DNA from: Chrysemys picta bellii
Taxonomy: Eukaryota
Direction of reading: 5' to 3'
Assembly (NCBI RefSeq): GCF_011386835.1
Contig: NC_088806.1
Span: 1,054,001-1,118,000 of the forward strand
Length of the DNA: 64,000 nt
Under the pieces are notes generated by a model. It worked only from the letters and a program-made list of their open reading frames with translations. It was not told where the DNA came from and did not search any database. Position 1 is the stretch's first letter, and every line of letters starts with the position of its first letter. Of the stretch, positions 8,675 to 27,113 are shown piece by piece. The position numbers and the translations under genes were made by a program.

Positions 8675-10680
8675 AATCAGAGAATCAGAGAACGGGAAGG
8701 GACCTCGTGAGGTCTCTAGACCCGACCCCTGCACTCAAGTCAGGACTAGGTATTGACCAGCCCTGACGGGTGTTTGTCCAGAGGGCTCTTAAAAATCCCC
8801 AACGATGGAGATTCTACAACCTCCCTGGGCAATTTATTCCAGTGCTTAGCCCCCCTGAAAGGAAGTTTTTCCTAATGTCCAACCTAAACCGCCCTGGCTG
8901 CAATTTAAGCCCATTGCTTCTTGTCCTGTCCTCAGAGGTTAAGAAGAACAATTTTTCTCCCTCTTCCTTGTAACAACCTTTTATGTACTTGAAAACTGTG
9001 ATCATGTCCCCTCTCAGTCTTCTCTTCTCCAGACTAAACAAACCCACGTTTTTCAATCTTCTCCCATCGCTCATGTTTTCTAGACCTTTCATCTTTTTTG
9101 TTGCTCTTCTCTGGACTCTCTCCAATTTGTCCACATCTTTCCTGAAATGTGGGGCCCAGAACTGGACACAATACTCCACTTGAGGCCTAATCAGCGCCGA
9201 GTAGAGCAGAAGAATTACTTCTCGTGTCTTGCTTACAACACTCCTGCTAATACATCCCACAATGTTGTTTGCTTTTTTTGCAACAGCGTTACACTGTTGA
9301 CTCATATTTATCTCGTGATCCTCTCTGACCCCCAGATCCCTTTCCGCAGGACTCCTTCCTAGACAGTCATTTCCCATTTTGTATGTGTGCAACTGATTGT
9401 TCCCTCCTCAATGGAGAACTTTGCATGTGTCTGTGAGGAAGTGGGACTGTTCTTAATGTTTCCTTTGAATACTGTGTGGGTGCCTCAGTTTCCCCTATGC
9501 AGTTCTTAAGTCTCTAGGGGGTGAGATTGCTGCAGAGCAAAGGGCCGGTGTACATAAATGGCCGACTCTGTCTCCTGGCAACTGATGTCCGGGGCCCTTC
9601 CCCCCTGCAAGAGGATGCTAAAGGTGTGGGAGAACAAAGTAATCAGGTGATCTCCTGGCCCGGGAAAGGAACTCAGCATAGAAGGAGGGGCTGGAGAGTT
9701 TCAGTTTGGAGCTGGCTGGGGACGGGAAGTGAGGGCAGATGGGGGTGTCTGGCTCACTGCCCCCCAAAATGGACCCAGCTGAGGGGTCCTGTTCTCTGTA
9801 TGTACAAGCTCTGTTTTAGACTGTGTTCCTGTCATCTAATAAACCTCTGTGTTACTGGCTGGCTGAGAGTCACGTCTGACTGCGAAGTGAGGGTGCAGGA
9901 CCCTCTGGCTTCCCCAGGACCCCGCCGGGGCGGACTCGCTGTGGGAAGTGCACAGAGGGGCATATGCTGAATGCTCCCAGGAGAGACCCAGGAGGTGAAG
10001 CCATGTGAGCGTCTTGCCCTGAAGACAGTCTGCTCCGAGGGAGAGGAGGCTCCCCAAAGTCCTGCCTGGCTTTGTGGGGAGCAGTTCCAGAGCATCGCCC
10101 GGGGACGCCGTGACAGTGTCCTTATGGAATTTCATCCTATTTACTTCAGACCATTTCTCCGGTTTGTCCAGATCATTATGAATTTTAATCCTATCCTCCA
10201 AAGCACTTTTAACCCCTCCCAGCTTGGTATCGTCCACAAACTTTATAAGTGTCCTCTCTAGGCCATTATCTAAATCATTGATGAAGATATTGAACAGAAC
10301 CAGACCCAGAACCGATCTCTGCGGGACTCCACTCGTTATGCCCTTCCAGCATGACTGTGAACCACCGATAACTACTCTGTGGGGACAGTTTTCCAACCAG
10401 TTTTGTGCCCACCTTATAGCAGCTCCATCTAGGTTGTATTTCCCTAGTTTGTTTATGAGAAGGTCATGCGAGACAGTATCAAAAGTCTTACTAAAATCAA
10501 GATATACCCCATCTACCGCTTCCCCCCAGCCACAAGCCTTGTTATCATGTCAAAGAAAGCTATCGGGTTGGTTTGACACGATTTGTTCTGGACAAATCCA
10601 TGCTGACTGTTACTCATCAGCTATTATCTTCAAGATGTCTGCAAACTGATTGCTTAATTATTTGCTCCGTTAACTTTCTG
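8675..10680 (-). mobile_element. 5'-truncated CR1 LINE (ORF2 reverse transcriptase C-terminal half and 3' tail), split by a solo LTR
   Basis: Translations show ..FNIFINDLD..LIKFVDDTKLGG..RMKFHKDT and ..QQCNAVAKKAN..GCI..VQFWAPHFRKDVDKLERVQRRATK, typical of CR1 RT. A degenerate (ATTCTRTG)n-like 3' tail reads AATCAGAGAATCAGAGAA on + at ~8675-8692. Confidence 0.95.
9432..10115 (+). mobile_element. 684-bp solo LTR inserted in the CR1 RT
   Basis: TG...CA ends and a perfect 5-bp TSD GTGTC (9427-9431, 10116-10120). Removing it restores the CR1 frame RMKFHKDTCK. AATAAA at 9838-9843. Confidence 0.85.
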
Positions 10681-10959
10681 GGGGCTGCAAAATCTGGCTT
10701 GAAAACCTCAACGTTCCTTATGGTTTGCATTTTTCGTTCTCTTCCTGGAGAGCGGAGCCTTTGTCCCATCCGGGAGCCGGGCCCACGCAGTAATCTCTAC
10801 TTTGGTGCCGCTTTGGGCTGGCCCAGGGGCTTCGCCAGAGCGAAGCACGTTTATTGATGTGGCTGTAGATTTCTCCAGATGAACATTGCCGGGCTTGGAC
10901 GAGCTTAGAAGATCTTCTGGCTCGGATACAGCCCTTCCCGTCTGGAGATCTCGAAGCAC

Positions 10960-11030
10960 TTTATAAAGCAGGTGGGTCTCGTTAGCTCCACTTCACAGAT
11001 GGGGAAACCGAGGCACGGAATGGCCCGTGA
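10960..11030 (+). mobile_element. CORE-SINE/MIR-like fragment
   Basis: CACTTCACAGATGGGGAAACCGAGGCAC resembles the MIR core TTTACAGATGAGGAAACTGAGGC; shorter cores occur at ~12455, ~51722 and ~62575. Confidence 0.55.
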
Positions 11031-11081
11031 AGCACACCTGTGTGCTCTACCCACTATCATTTTTTTTACCTTGTGCTCCCC

Positions 11082-12178
11082 TGCGACATTATTGACAGAA
11101 TCTGTGTCCATCTGTTGCAACCACTGTTGTATATTTGCAGCAGGTGCTGTACAAAGGTTGTCGTGCGAGGTGTTTGTGGAGAGGTTGTGGTGTGCTGGGG
11201 GGTGTGTGTATTGGTTTTGTAGTTGACGGTAGGAATGTTGGCTCTGCGCTCGTATCTCAAGGTGTGTGACTCTAAGTACCCGCAGTGAAGCATTGGGGCG
11301 GCTTCTTGAGAAAGGAATTTGCAAGTTAAGGGCCCAATCCAGAAACACTTAACAGACAATGGATCTTGGGAGACTCCAATCCAGATAAGAAATCTACCTG
11401 GGGGTGTTCAGGATGGCGTGTGGGCAGTGGCTACCACCTGTAAAAACTGAGTCACGCCTGGACATGTGACTGGCCCATGTGACTCCAAACTCCATTTTGT
11501 TGTAATTTTCCACAGTAGGAACAAAGAGTGTTCTTACACCTGGAGGAGACTATAAAAGGCTGATGCCTCATCTCCATCTTGTCTTCAATCCTGCTTCTTA
11601 CCTCTGGAGGGACTTTGCTACAAACGGAAGCTCTGAACAAAGGACTGAGGACCCATCCCAGCTGGGGATGTTCCAGAGACTTGATTTGAACCTGCAGTTT
11701 ATTCCATCGCTGCTGCAAGCCTGAACCAAGAACTTTGCCATCACTGTACGTAACTGATTCCATGTAACCAATTCTAGCTCTCAGCGATATTTCTTCCTTT
11801 TATGAATAAATCTTTAGATTGTAGATTCTAAAGGATTGGCTTGTGGGGAAGATCTGACTTGTCTAGTGACCTGGGTCTGGGGCTTGGTCCTTTGGGATCG
11901 GGAGAACCTTTTTCTTTTACTGGGGTATTGGTTTTCATAACCATTCATCCCCATAACGAGTGGCGCTGGTGGTGATACTGGGAAACTGGAGTGTCTAAGG
12001 GAATTGCTGGTGTGACGTGTGGTTCGCCAGTGGGGTGAGACCAAAGTCCTCTCTGTCTGGCTGGTTTGGTGCTGGGTGTGCAAAGGACCCGAGCCTTGGG
12101 CGGGGTCTGCCCTGCTCTGAGCGATTTGTCCTGGATTGAGGCTCTCAGTTGGGTCCCACCAGAACCAGCATCATTACC
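11082..12178 (+). mobile_element. ~1.1-kb solo LTR-like element
   Basis: Starts TGCGACATTATTGACA..TGTTGCAACCA like the LTR at 62831 and shares a long internal block with 63180-63354 (GACTGGCCCATGTGACTCC..GACTATAAAAGG..GAAGCTCTGAACAA). Has TATAAAA and AATAAA (~11805). The 3' end and TSD are not clean. Confidence 0.65.
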
Positions 12179-13161
12179 GACCCCTTACCCCTGTCTGTGA
12201 CCCCCAATCCCCAGAGCCAGGCCCGGGAGGGAGGGACGCGGACAGGGGTGAGGGGACCCAGGCCTCCATTGTGCTGGGGGGTGGGGGGAGTTTGTCCAAA
12301 CCCGGGTTGCGTTTAAAACGAAGTGAGGAACGGAAGCATTGTGGTTTCCTGTCGCGCTGGGCCAGACGCTGTGAGCTCTGGAAAGCTGCCAAGGGCCGGG
12401 TTAGGAGCCATGGGCATAGGACAGAGGTTGTTAGCAGCAGCAGGGGCCTGCAGCAGGGAAACTGAGGCACACAAACCAGTGAGAGTCACATGCCACACAA
12501 CATGGGGAAACCCCCCCCCCCGGTCACACGGCATCCTGCGTGCCTCGGACTCAGCCGATCCCCCCGCCCGGGCGCCGGGTCAGGGGTGGGAGAGGAATGT
12601 GCAGCTTTTGGAAACTTTCCCATGACCTGTCCCCGGAGGAATGCCACGGCCTGGGGGATGCGGGGGAGACCTGCCAGCTGGCCGGGCAGCGACCATTAAT
12701 GCCCGGAAGCCATGGGGAGCAGGAACTGGAGGCCGAGTGCCTGGGGGCCAGGCTGGGAGTCCGTCCTGCGACTCTGAACATTACGATAGAGGCAGATTTT
12801 TTAAAAACACTTAAACCCCCTGTCCCAGACCCCCATATTCCCCCCCCCACGTGCTCTCTCTCGGCTCCACACAGCCCTGGGGGGGTCTCCCTGCAATGCG
12901 ACGGCCCCTCTTGGGGACCTGCTGTCTCTCCCAGGGCCCCAGCCCTGCCTGGGCCCGCACCTCTGAGCCCCCCACAGCTGGGCCCCCTTGCTCTGGGGCG
13001 GGGGACATGCGGGGCGAAGAAGCCCCCCGGGGCCAGGGATGTATGCGCATGGCCCTTTAAATATCACTGTGATGTCATCGCTGGCGCTACTGTGACATCA
13101 CGGCAGGCAGCTCCTCCCCCTGTGCCCACCCACCGCCTCTCCCGCTGCTGGGGGGCAGCCA

Positions 13162-20340
<7,179 letters not shown>

Positions 20341-20489
20341 GCGAGACACAAGGCATGCTGGGAAGAGGACAGAGCCGCCGCCGCCAAGGATTGTGGGCGG
20401 GGATGGCTACGTTGGCCACTGAGATTGGCCAACACTTTGGGAGGGAGGGGCAGGAGGGCGAAGGGGCATTAAATATTATGTAGAGAAGC

Positions 20490-21020
20490 GGAGAGCGAAC
20501 TGTTCACTGGGAATAGGGGACCCAGGCAACCAGGAGAGCAGAGCAGGACGCTCGCCTCTGGGGAGGGGAGATGGGACCCAGGCATCTGGGACGGCAGCGG
20601 AGGGTGCTCGCCTCTGGGGAGGGGAGATGGGACCCAGGCATCCGGGACGGCAGCGGAGGGTGCTCGCCTCTGGGGAGGGGAGATGGGACCCAGGCATCCG
20701 GGACGGCAGCGGAGGGTGCTCGCCTCTGGGGAGGGGAGATGGGACCCAGGCATCCGGGACGGCAGCGGAGGGCGCTCACCCCTGGGAAGGGGACATGGGA
20801 ACCAGGTGTCCAGGAGAGCAGAGCAGGACGCTCGCCCCTGGAGAGGGGAGATGGGACCCAGGCGTCCGGGAAAGCAGAGCAGGGCGCTCATCCTAGGGGG
20901 ACGGTGGGGAGGGGAGATGGGGCCCAGGCATCTGGGACGGCAGCGCAGGGTGCTCGCCCCTGGGGAGGGGAGATGGGACCCAGGCATCCGGGATGGCAGC
21001 GCAGGGCACTCGCCCCTGGG
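20490..21020. repeat. ~55-bp minisatellite (GGGAGGGGAGATGGGACCCAGGCATCCGGGACGGCAGCGGAGGGTGCTCGCCTCT) between the protease and ZMYND15
   Basis: About 9 units here and about 14 units in copy 2 (40470-41270). Confidence 0.9.
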
Positions 21021-21469
21021 GCGCCCCGGGGGAGTGGGGCGGGATCTCAGGGTGGTGGGAGCTGGGGCAGGGCGGGGGAGGGTATCCCTGGGGAGCTGGA
21101 ACCCCGTGATGTCACAGTGGAATCTCGGGGCGCCCGGGGTATTTACCTTCAAATCAGCTGGAGGAAGCAGGTACGGGGGGGGGAGCTGGGGAGATGGGGG
21201 GAGGGCTGGATTGGGGTTATTATAGGGGGTGGGGGGCAGCAGTGGGGGGGGGACGGGCAGATCTGGGGGTCCAGGGGGTTGGGGTCCAGGAATCTGGGAG
21301 GACTTTACTCAGGAGTGCCGGGGGGGGTGCTAGGATGGGGGTCAAGGACAGGGATGCAGGAGGTGGGCTGGGGAACGGGGGGCTAGGGGGTGTCTCAGCC
21401 CCCCAGGAACGAATTCAGAACGGGGTACTGAGTTGGGGGGTAATGGGGGGGCGCAGGGTGGAGGTTTGG

Positions 21470-21710
21470 GGGCTCCGTGCTCTAACCGGCCACATCCCCC
21501 CAGGATGGAGTTCGTGACGGGGTACCGGGGTGGAGGTTTGGGGGTGCGGGGTGGAGGTTTGGGGGGCTCCCTGCTCTAACCCCCTGGCCCCCCAGGATGG
21601 AGTTCATGACGGGGTACCGGGGTGGAGGTTTGGGGGTGCAGGGTGGAGGTGTGGGGGGCTCCCTGCTCTAACCCCCCCGCCCCCCAGGATGGAGTTCGTG
21701 ACGGGGTACC
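21470..21710 (+). repeat. 92-bp tandem triplication of the ZMYND15 acceptor plus start codon (CTAAC..CCCCCAG|GATGGAGTTCGTGACGGGGTACCGGG)
   Basis: ATGs at 21505, 21597 and 21689; only the third continues into the ZMYND15 ORF. Copy 2 has two units (ATGs ~41757 and 41849). Confidence 0.9.
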
Positions 21711-24700
21711 GGGCTGAGGTGCTGGACCTGGCCGAGTTGCTGCTCGCCTGGCACCGGTCCCAGGCCGGGGGGCCCCGGGACAGGCAGCACCAGCGGCGCC
21801 AGGAGGGGCACGTCCGGCGCCTGCCCCCCGACCCCGCCCTCTGGCTGCTGCACATGCTGCCCAACTCCCGGCTGGGGCTGGCGCTGCCGGGGGGGGTCCG
21901 GGGGGAGCCCCGGGGGCGGCTCTGCGGGGAGGACGCCCTGCAACTGCGGGACCTGCAGCGGGCGGTCACCTTCCTGAGCCTGGACGAGGAGGACGAGGGG
22001 CCGGAGACAGGTACCCCCCAGCCCCCCACCCCCCTCGGGGCTCCCCCGTCTGCCCCCTCCCCTGCCTGTCCCCGTGGGGCTCCCCTGCCTGCCCCTCTCT
22101 CCCCAGCCTCCTGTCCCACATGGGGCTCCCCCATCTGCCCCCTCCTCTGCCTGGGCCCCTCTCCCCAGCCCCCCGCCCCTCTCTGGGCTTCCCCGTCTGC
22201 CCCCCTCCCCTGCCTGCCCCTGCCTCCATCCCACCACCAGGCCCCCATCCCCGTGGAGCTCCCCCGTCTGCCCCCTCCCCTGCCCCATCTGCCCCCCCGT
22301 TCCTGTGGGGTTTCCTGCCTGGCCCCCTACCCCCAACCCTGCCAGACACCCCCTATTCCCCGGGCACCCCCCTGCCCATCCCCCTATCTTCCCACCCCTG
22401 CTGGGCCCCTCCCTATCCCCTGCCCCACACCCAGGGCTCTGAACCCCGCCCTCCGCCGGTCTCACCTCTGCCCCCCTCCCCCCAGGCCAGGCCCTGGTGC
22501 ATGTGGAGCGCCTCCTGCTGGTTACAGACGAGCACGGCACGGTGATGGGCCTGGATTTCCAGCTGGGGGCCGGGGCCCCGCCCAAGCCGTCCACACCCCC
22601 CCCACTGGAGCAGCTGGCGCTCGGTCTGCTCTGCCAGAGCATGGCCTGTCCAATGGGCGGGGGGGAGCCCCGCCGGCCCCGGCTGCTGGCCGTGGGGGAC
22701 CCCACCTTGCACAAGTGAGTGTGAGCGGGTGGGCGGCGGAGGGGTTGCGTGCCCATCCCCCACCTCACTGACCCCTCCCCCTTGCCTCTCCCCACAGGTC
22801 ACTGGAGCCCCTGCTGCCCCGGCTGGGGGTCAGACTGAGCCCAGGCCCCATGAGGGGCTGGGGGCCGAAACCCACCTTCACCTTGCCCTCCATGCGCGTG
22901 CGAGCCTGTCACGTGTGCAAGAGACACGGGTTCCACGGGCGGCTGGTGCCGTGGTGAGCGCGGGGTGGTGGTGGCGGGACCCTGCAGCCCCCCGGGGTGA
23001 CCTTTGCCCGCCCCCCTGGCCTGTGCCCGGGCCAGGGTTTGAGGGGGCCGCAGGCTAGCTCTGAGCCCCCCTATCTGTCCTGTCCCCCCCAGCCAGCAGT
23101 GCCGGGCCGTGCTGTACTGCTCCGAGCGGTGCCGGGCGGCCGACTGGGCCCGCAGCCCCGAGGACGCGGCCCACCGGGCCTGGTGCCCCCGCATGGCCGG
23201 GTACATGGCCCGCGCCCGCCAGCTGGCCGACCTGCCCTTCACCTTCGCCGCTGGTGAGCCCTGGGCAGGGGAACGTGGCGGGGGGGGCAGGGGGACGGGG
23301 CCGTAGTGCACTGGGGGTGGGGTGCAGGGGGACATGGGGGGCCCTGGGCAGGGGCAGCTCTGGGTGGGGGGGTTGCCAGGTGGGGGGGCTGGGCAGGGAG
23401 AGGCCACTGGGGGGCACCAGGTGTTGTACTTAAAGTACTGCACAGGATCTTTTCCGGGGGAATAAGGCAAAACGCCACATTTATTAGTGATACATGTATT
23501 CATTAACACTGTATCATATGCATATATTACACTTACACTCACACACACACACAAACACACTCCGTCTTGTTGTTACCAATTAGTTGCTCCCCTTAACTTC
23601 ACTGGCCAGGTGAGTTAGATGGGGGAGGGGGTGGAGCCGGGCTTCTGCCGATCCGGATCGATGCTCCCATGTTGACAAGACGAGACCCGGGGTCCTCTGC
23701 AAGACACCTCACTTTTATAGCAGCTTTCCTCTTATGCAAATCTATACCAGATTCAAACTCTGTGTCTGTGTCCATTGGTCCTTTGTGCTGCTTTCTTTTG
23801 AGTGTTGTCCCAATGCTGCAAAGAGGGTGTTTCCAAAAGAAGGAGCTTGCTTCTAACCCCCCCAGGCCGTCAGTATGTCTGCTTGTCTTTAATGAGCCCA
23901 CTTGACACGTTTTATTGTTCTTGGGTCTGGCTCCCAGCCCCTCTCCAACAGTTGAGGCTGTCTGGAGGTGCTGCCTTCCTGCCTTGCTCATCCACACCTC
24001 ATTCATTCAACAGGGCAATTGATTAAGAGGGGGGGGGGGGAGAGCTCTTGTTCTACTGCTAGCAAACAGAAATTTTTCTTCTATCTTATTCTATCCTTAG
24101 GGGCTATAATATTATACCAAGGGCAATGCAAAGTTTCTAAATGAGGCTTTGATACAAAGTCCATGAAAACAGAGGTCACACGTGGGTAGACCCACCACAA
24201 GGTTATATGAAGAGGCACAATGTAAAGTCATATGAAAATTATCAGAGATTGATCTACACAGGCAGGGGCACTGGGGCAGGGGAAGGGGGGCTCTCGGTGG
24301 GGGGGCTGGGCAGGGAAGGGGGCACTGGGCAGGGGGTGCTGGGCAGGGGGGCTCTCGGTGGGGGGGCTGGGAAGGGAAGGGGGCACCAGGCAGGGGGCGC
24401 TGGGGCAGGGGAAAGGAAGGGGGGCATGGGGCAGGAGGCATTGGGCACGTGAAGGGGGGGGCTCCGGGTGGGAAATGTGGGGGTGCACAGAGCCGGACTT
24501 TATCGGGGGGTCCCGGCCCCCCATTTCCCTTGCAGAGGTGACCAGCGACGGGTTCAACAGGGAGGGGTTCCTGGCCGCCCGGGGGCTGACGCGGGGGTAC
24601 TGGGCCCACGAGAGCATGCTGGTCCGGGCCCCCGACTATGGCGTGGGGCTGGGGGGCCAGAAGGACTGGAGACCCGGCCTGCTGCAGAGCGGTGAGCATG

Positions 24701-24864
24701 GGGGGCCGGGGGCCTGTCCCCTCTGGGGGGCGCCGGCTCCTGTCCCCACCTTAACCCCACCTTTCCCTCCCGCCCAGGTAACCCCTTCGAAGCACTGAGG
24801 CTGGAGGGGGGAGCGGCTCTGCCCCCCACCTCCCCGGAGCCCCCTGCACCCAGGACCTATTTCA
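21689..24864 (+). CDS. ZMYND15: ZMYND15, copy 1, coding exons 1-6; cut off by the assembly gap
   Basis: Exons 21689-22010, 22486-22714, 22798-22953, 23093-23253, 24536-24691 and 24778-24864 join in frame. MEFVTGYRAEVLD.., LLLVTDEHGTVMG, the MYND finger CHVC..C..C..VLYCSERC..DW..H..WC and EVTSDGFNREGFLAARGLTRGYW match human ZMYND15. Confidence 0.95.
23422..24258 (-). mobile_element. 837-bp solo LTR in ZMYND15 intron 4
   Basis: TG...CA termini with a 4-bp TSD CAGG (23418-23421, 24259-24262). AT-rich relative to its flanks. TATAAAA and AATAAA read on the minus strand, which suggests antisense orientation. Confidence 0.75.
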
Positions 24865-25007
24865 GTGAGATGGGGAGGGGCGGGTTATAGCTCGGGGGGG
24901 CGGGGCCTGGCAGCTGGGGGGAGGGGCTGGTCCCATCTGGGGGGGAGGGGCCAATGGCAGCTGGGGGTGGTGCGGTCCCAGCTCTGGGGGAGGGGGAGGA
25001 GCCAGTC

Positions 25008-25507
25008 NNNNNNNNNNNNNNNNNNNNNNNNNNNNNNNNNNNNNNNNNNNNNNNNNNNNNNNNNNNNNNNNNNNNNNNNNNNNNNNNNNNNNNNNNNNNN
25101 NNNNNNNNNNNNNNNNNNNNNNNNNNNNNNNNNNNNNNNNNNNNNNNNNNNNNNNNNNNNNNNNNNNNNNNNNNNNNNNNNNNNNNNNNNNNNNNNNNNN
25201 NNNNNNNNNNNNNNNNNNNNNNNNNNNNNNNNNNNNNNNNNNNNNNNNNNNNNNNNNNNNNNNNNNNNNNNNNNNNNNNNNNNNNNNNNNNNNNNNNNNN
25301 NNNNNNNNNNNNNNNNNNNNNNNNNNNNNNNNNNNNNNNNNNNNNNNNNNNNNNNNNNNNNNNNNNNNNNNNNNNNNNNNNNNNNNNNNNNNNNNNNNNN
25401 NNNNNNNNNNNNNNNNNNNNNNNNNNNNNNNNNNNNNNNNNNNNNNNNNNNNNNNNNNNNNNNNNNNNNNNNNNNNNNNNNNNNNNNNNNNNNNNNNNNN
25501 NNNNNNN
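25008..25507. other. Assembly gap (500 N)
   Basis: Run of exactly 500 N, a round placeholder size. Confidence 1.
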
Positions 25508-26758
25508 GGGACGGGGCCAGCGCCCGGGAGCGCGGCCTGGCTGCAGAGGGCGGGTAGGGGCGGGGCCAGGGGGCGTGGCTAACGGGCGGGGGGCGGGGCC
25601 TGACTGCATAGCGCGGGTAGGGACGGGGCCAGCGGCGGGTAGGGGCGGGGCCAGCGCCGGGAGCGCGGCCTGGCTGCAGAGGGCGGGTAGGGGCGGGGCC
25701 AGGGGGCGTGGCTAACGGGCGGGGGGCGTGGCCTGACTGCATAGCGCGGGTAGGGACGGGGCCAGCGGCGGGTAGGGGCGGGGCCAGCGCCGGGAGCGCG
25801 GCCTGGCTGCAGAGGGCGGGTAGGGGCGGGGCCAGGGGGCGTGGCTAACGGGCGGGGGGCGGGGCCTGGCTGCAGAGCGCGGGTAGGGGCGGGGCCAGGG
25901 GCGTGGCTAACGGGCGGGGGTCGGGCTGCAAGGGCGTGGCTAACGGGCGGGCGGGGCCAGGGGGCAGGGGACCCTGTGTCCGGTTGTCGACCCGAACGCC
26001 CCATCGAAGGGGACCTGGCGGCGCCGGTCGGCAGCACTGACCGAGCAGGTAAACGTCCGGTCGGGGCTAAGGCAGGCGAGTCCCCACCTGTCCCTGGGCC
26101 GGGAACCAATGGGAGCGAGGGGGCGGGGCCCATGAGCCTCCCACCCCCCCCACCTAGGAGCCCCACCGTCCGGCCACTTCCGGGGTGCGCGCACATCACC
26201 CCTGTCAGGCCAGGCAGCCAGCCTTACCCCCCCACTGCTTGGGAGCCCCCCGAGGTTACCCCGCGCCCCAACCCCCCTCCCCAGCCCTGAGCCCCCCACG
26301 GCCCACTCCTGCCCCCCAAACCCCTCATCCCCACCCCCTGAGCCCCCCACAACCCCCTCCTGCCCCCCAAACCCCTCATCCCCACCCCTGAGCCCCCCGC
26401 GGCCCACTCCTGTCCCCCGAACCCCCCACGGCCCCCTCCTGCCCCCCAATCCTCTCATCCCCGGCCCCTCCCAGTGACAGTGAGTGAGGGTGGGGGAGAG
26501 GAAGCCGCGGAGGAGGGGGAATGCAATGATCGGGGGCGGGGCCTGGGGAAGGGGCGGGGCCTCCGTGTTCGGTTTGGTGCCATTAGAAAGTTGGCAACAC
26601 TAATCCCTTGTGGGAGGTCATGGTGATGGGGGAGCAGTGCCGGGGTGGATCCCGCCAGCGGGTCAGGCCCGGAACAGGGGGGCGCTTTGGGACGAGGCTC
26701 CCCCTCGGGGAGGCGGGGGGGTTATCGGGGCGCCCCCTCACCCCCGTGCCCCCCCCAG

Positions 26759-27113
26759 GGAACGTGATCCTGGAGCTGTCGAAGGAGAAGCCGAACGAGC
26801 GGTTGCTGGAGCGCCAGGCCGCCCAGTTCACCGCCTCGGTGCAGAAGGTGGAGTCGGAGCTCTCGGGGCAGATCCGGTACCTCACCCAGGTGAGGGGGGC
26901 GGGGCCGGCGTGGGGGGGCGGGGCCGTGGGGCGCGCAGGCTCACCCCCCTCTCTGCCATCTCCCCACACACACAGGTGGCCACGGGGCAGCCCCACGAGG
27001 GCTCCAGCTACTCGGCCCGCAAGGGCTGCCAGATGGCGCTGAACCGCGTCGACTACGCCCGCGTCAAGCTGGGAGAGCTGGCCCGCACCTGTGAGCACAC
27101 GCTGGAGCAATAG
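26759..27113 (+). CDS. MED11: MED11 copy 2, exons 2-3 only (exon 1 missing at the gap)
   Basis: Exons 26759-26889 and 26976-27113; protein identical to copy 1, with one synonymous change noticed (GCT/GCC). Confidence 0.9.

Noticed and set aside
8814-10396. ORFs with RT-like motifs as a host gene or active retroelement
   Set aside because: Fragments of a 5'-truncated CR1 with frameshifts and an LTR insertion.
21530-22771. 413-aa ORF suggesting ZMYND15 exon 1 reads through a Pro-rich insert
   Set aside because: The read-through is out of frame with the conserved LLLVTDEHG exon, and good GT (22011) and AG (22484-22485) sites give an in-frame splice.
24857-25742. ORFs spanning the N run
   Set aside because: Artefacts of translating the assembly gap.
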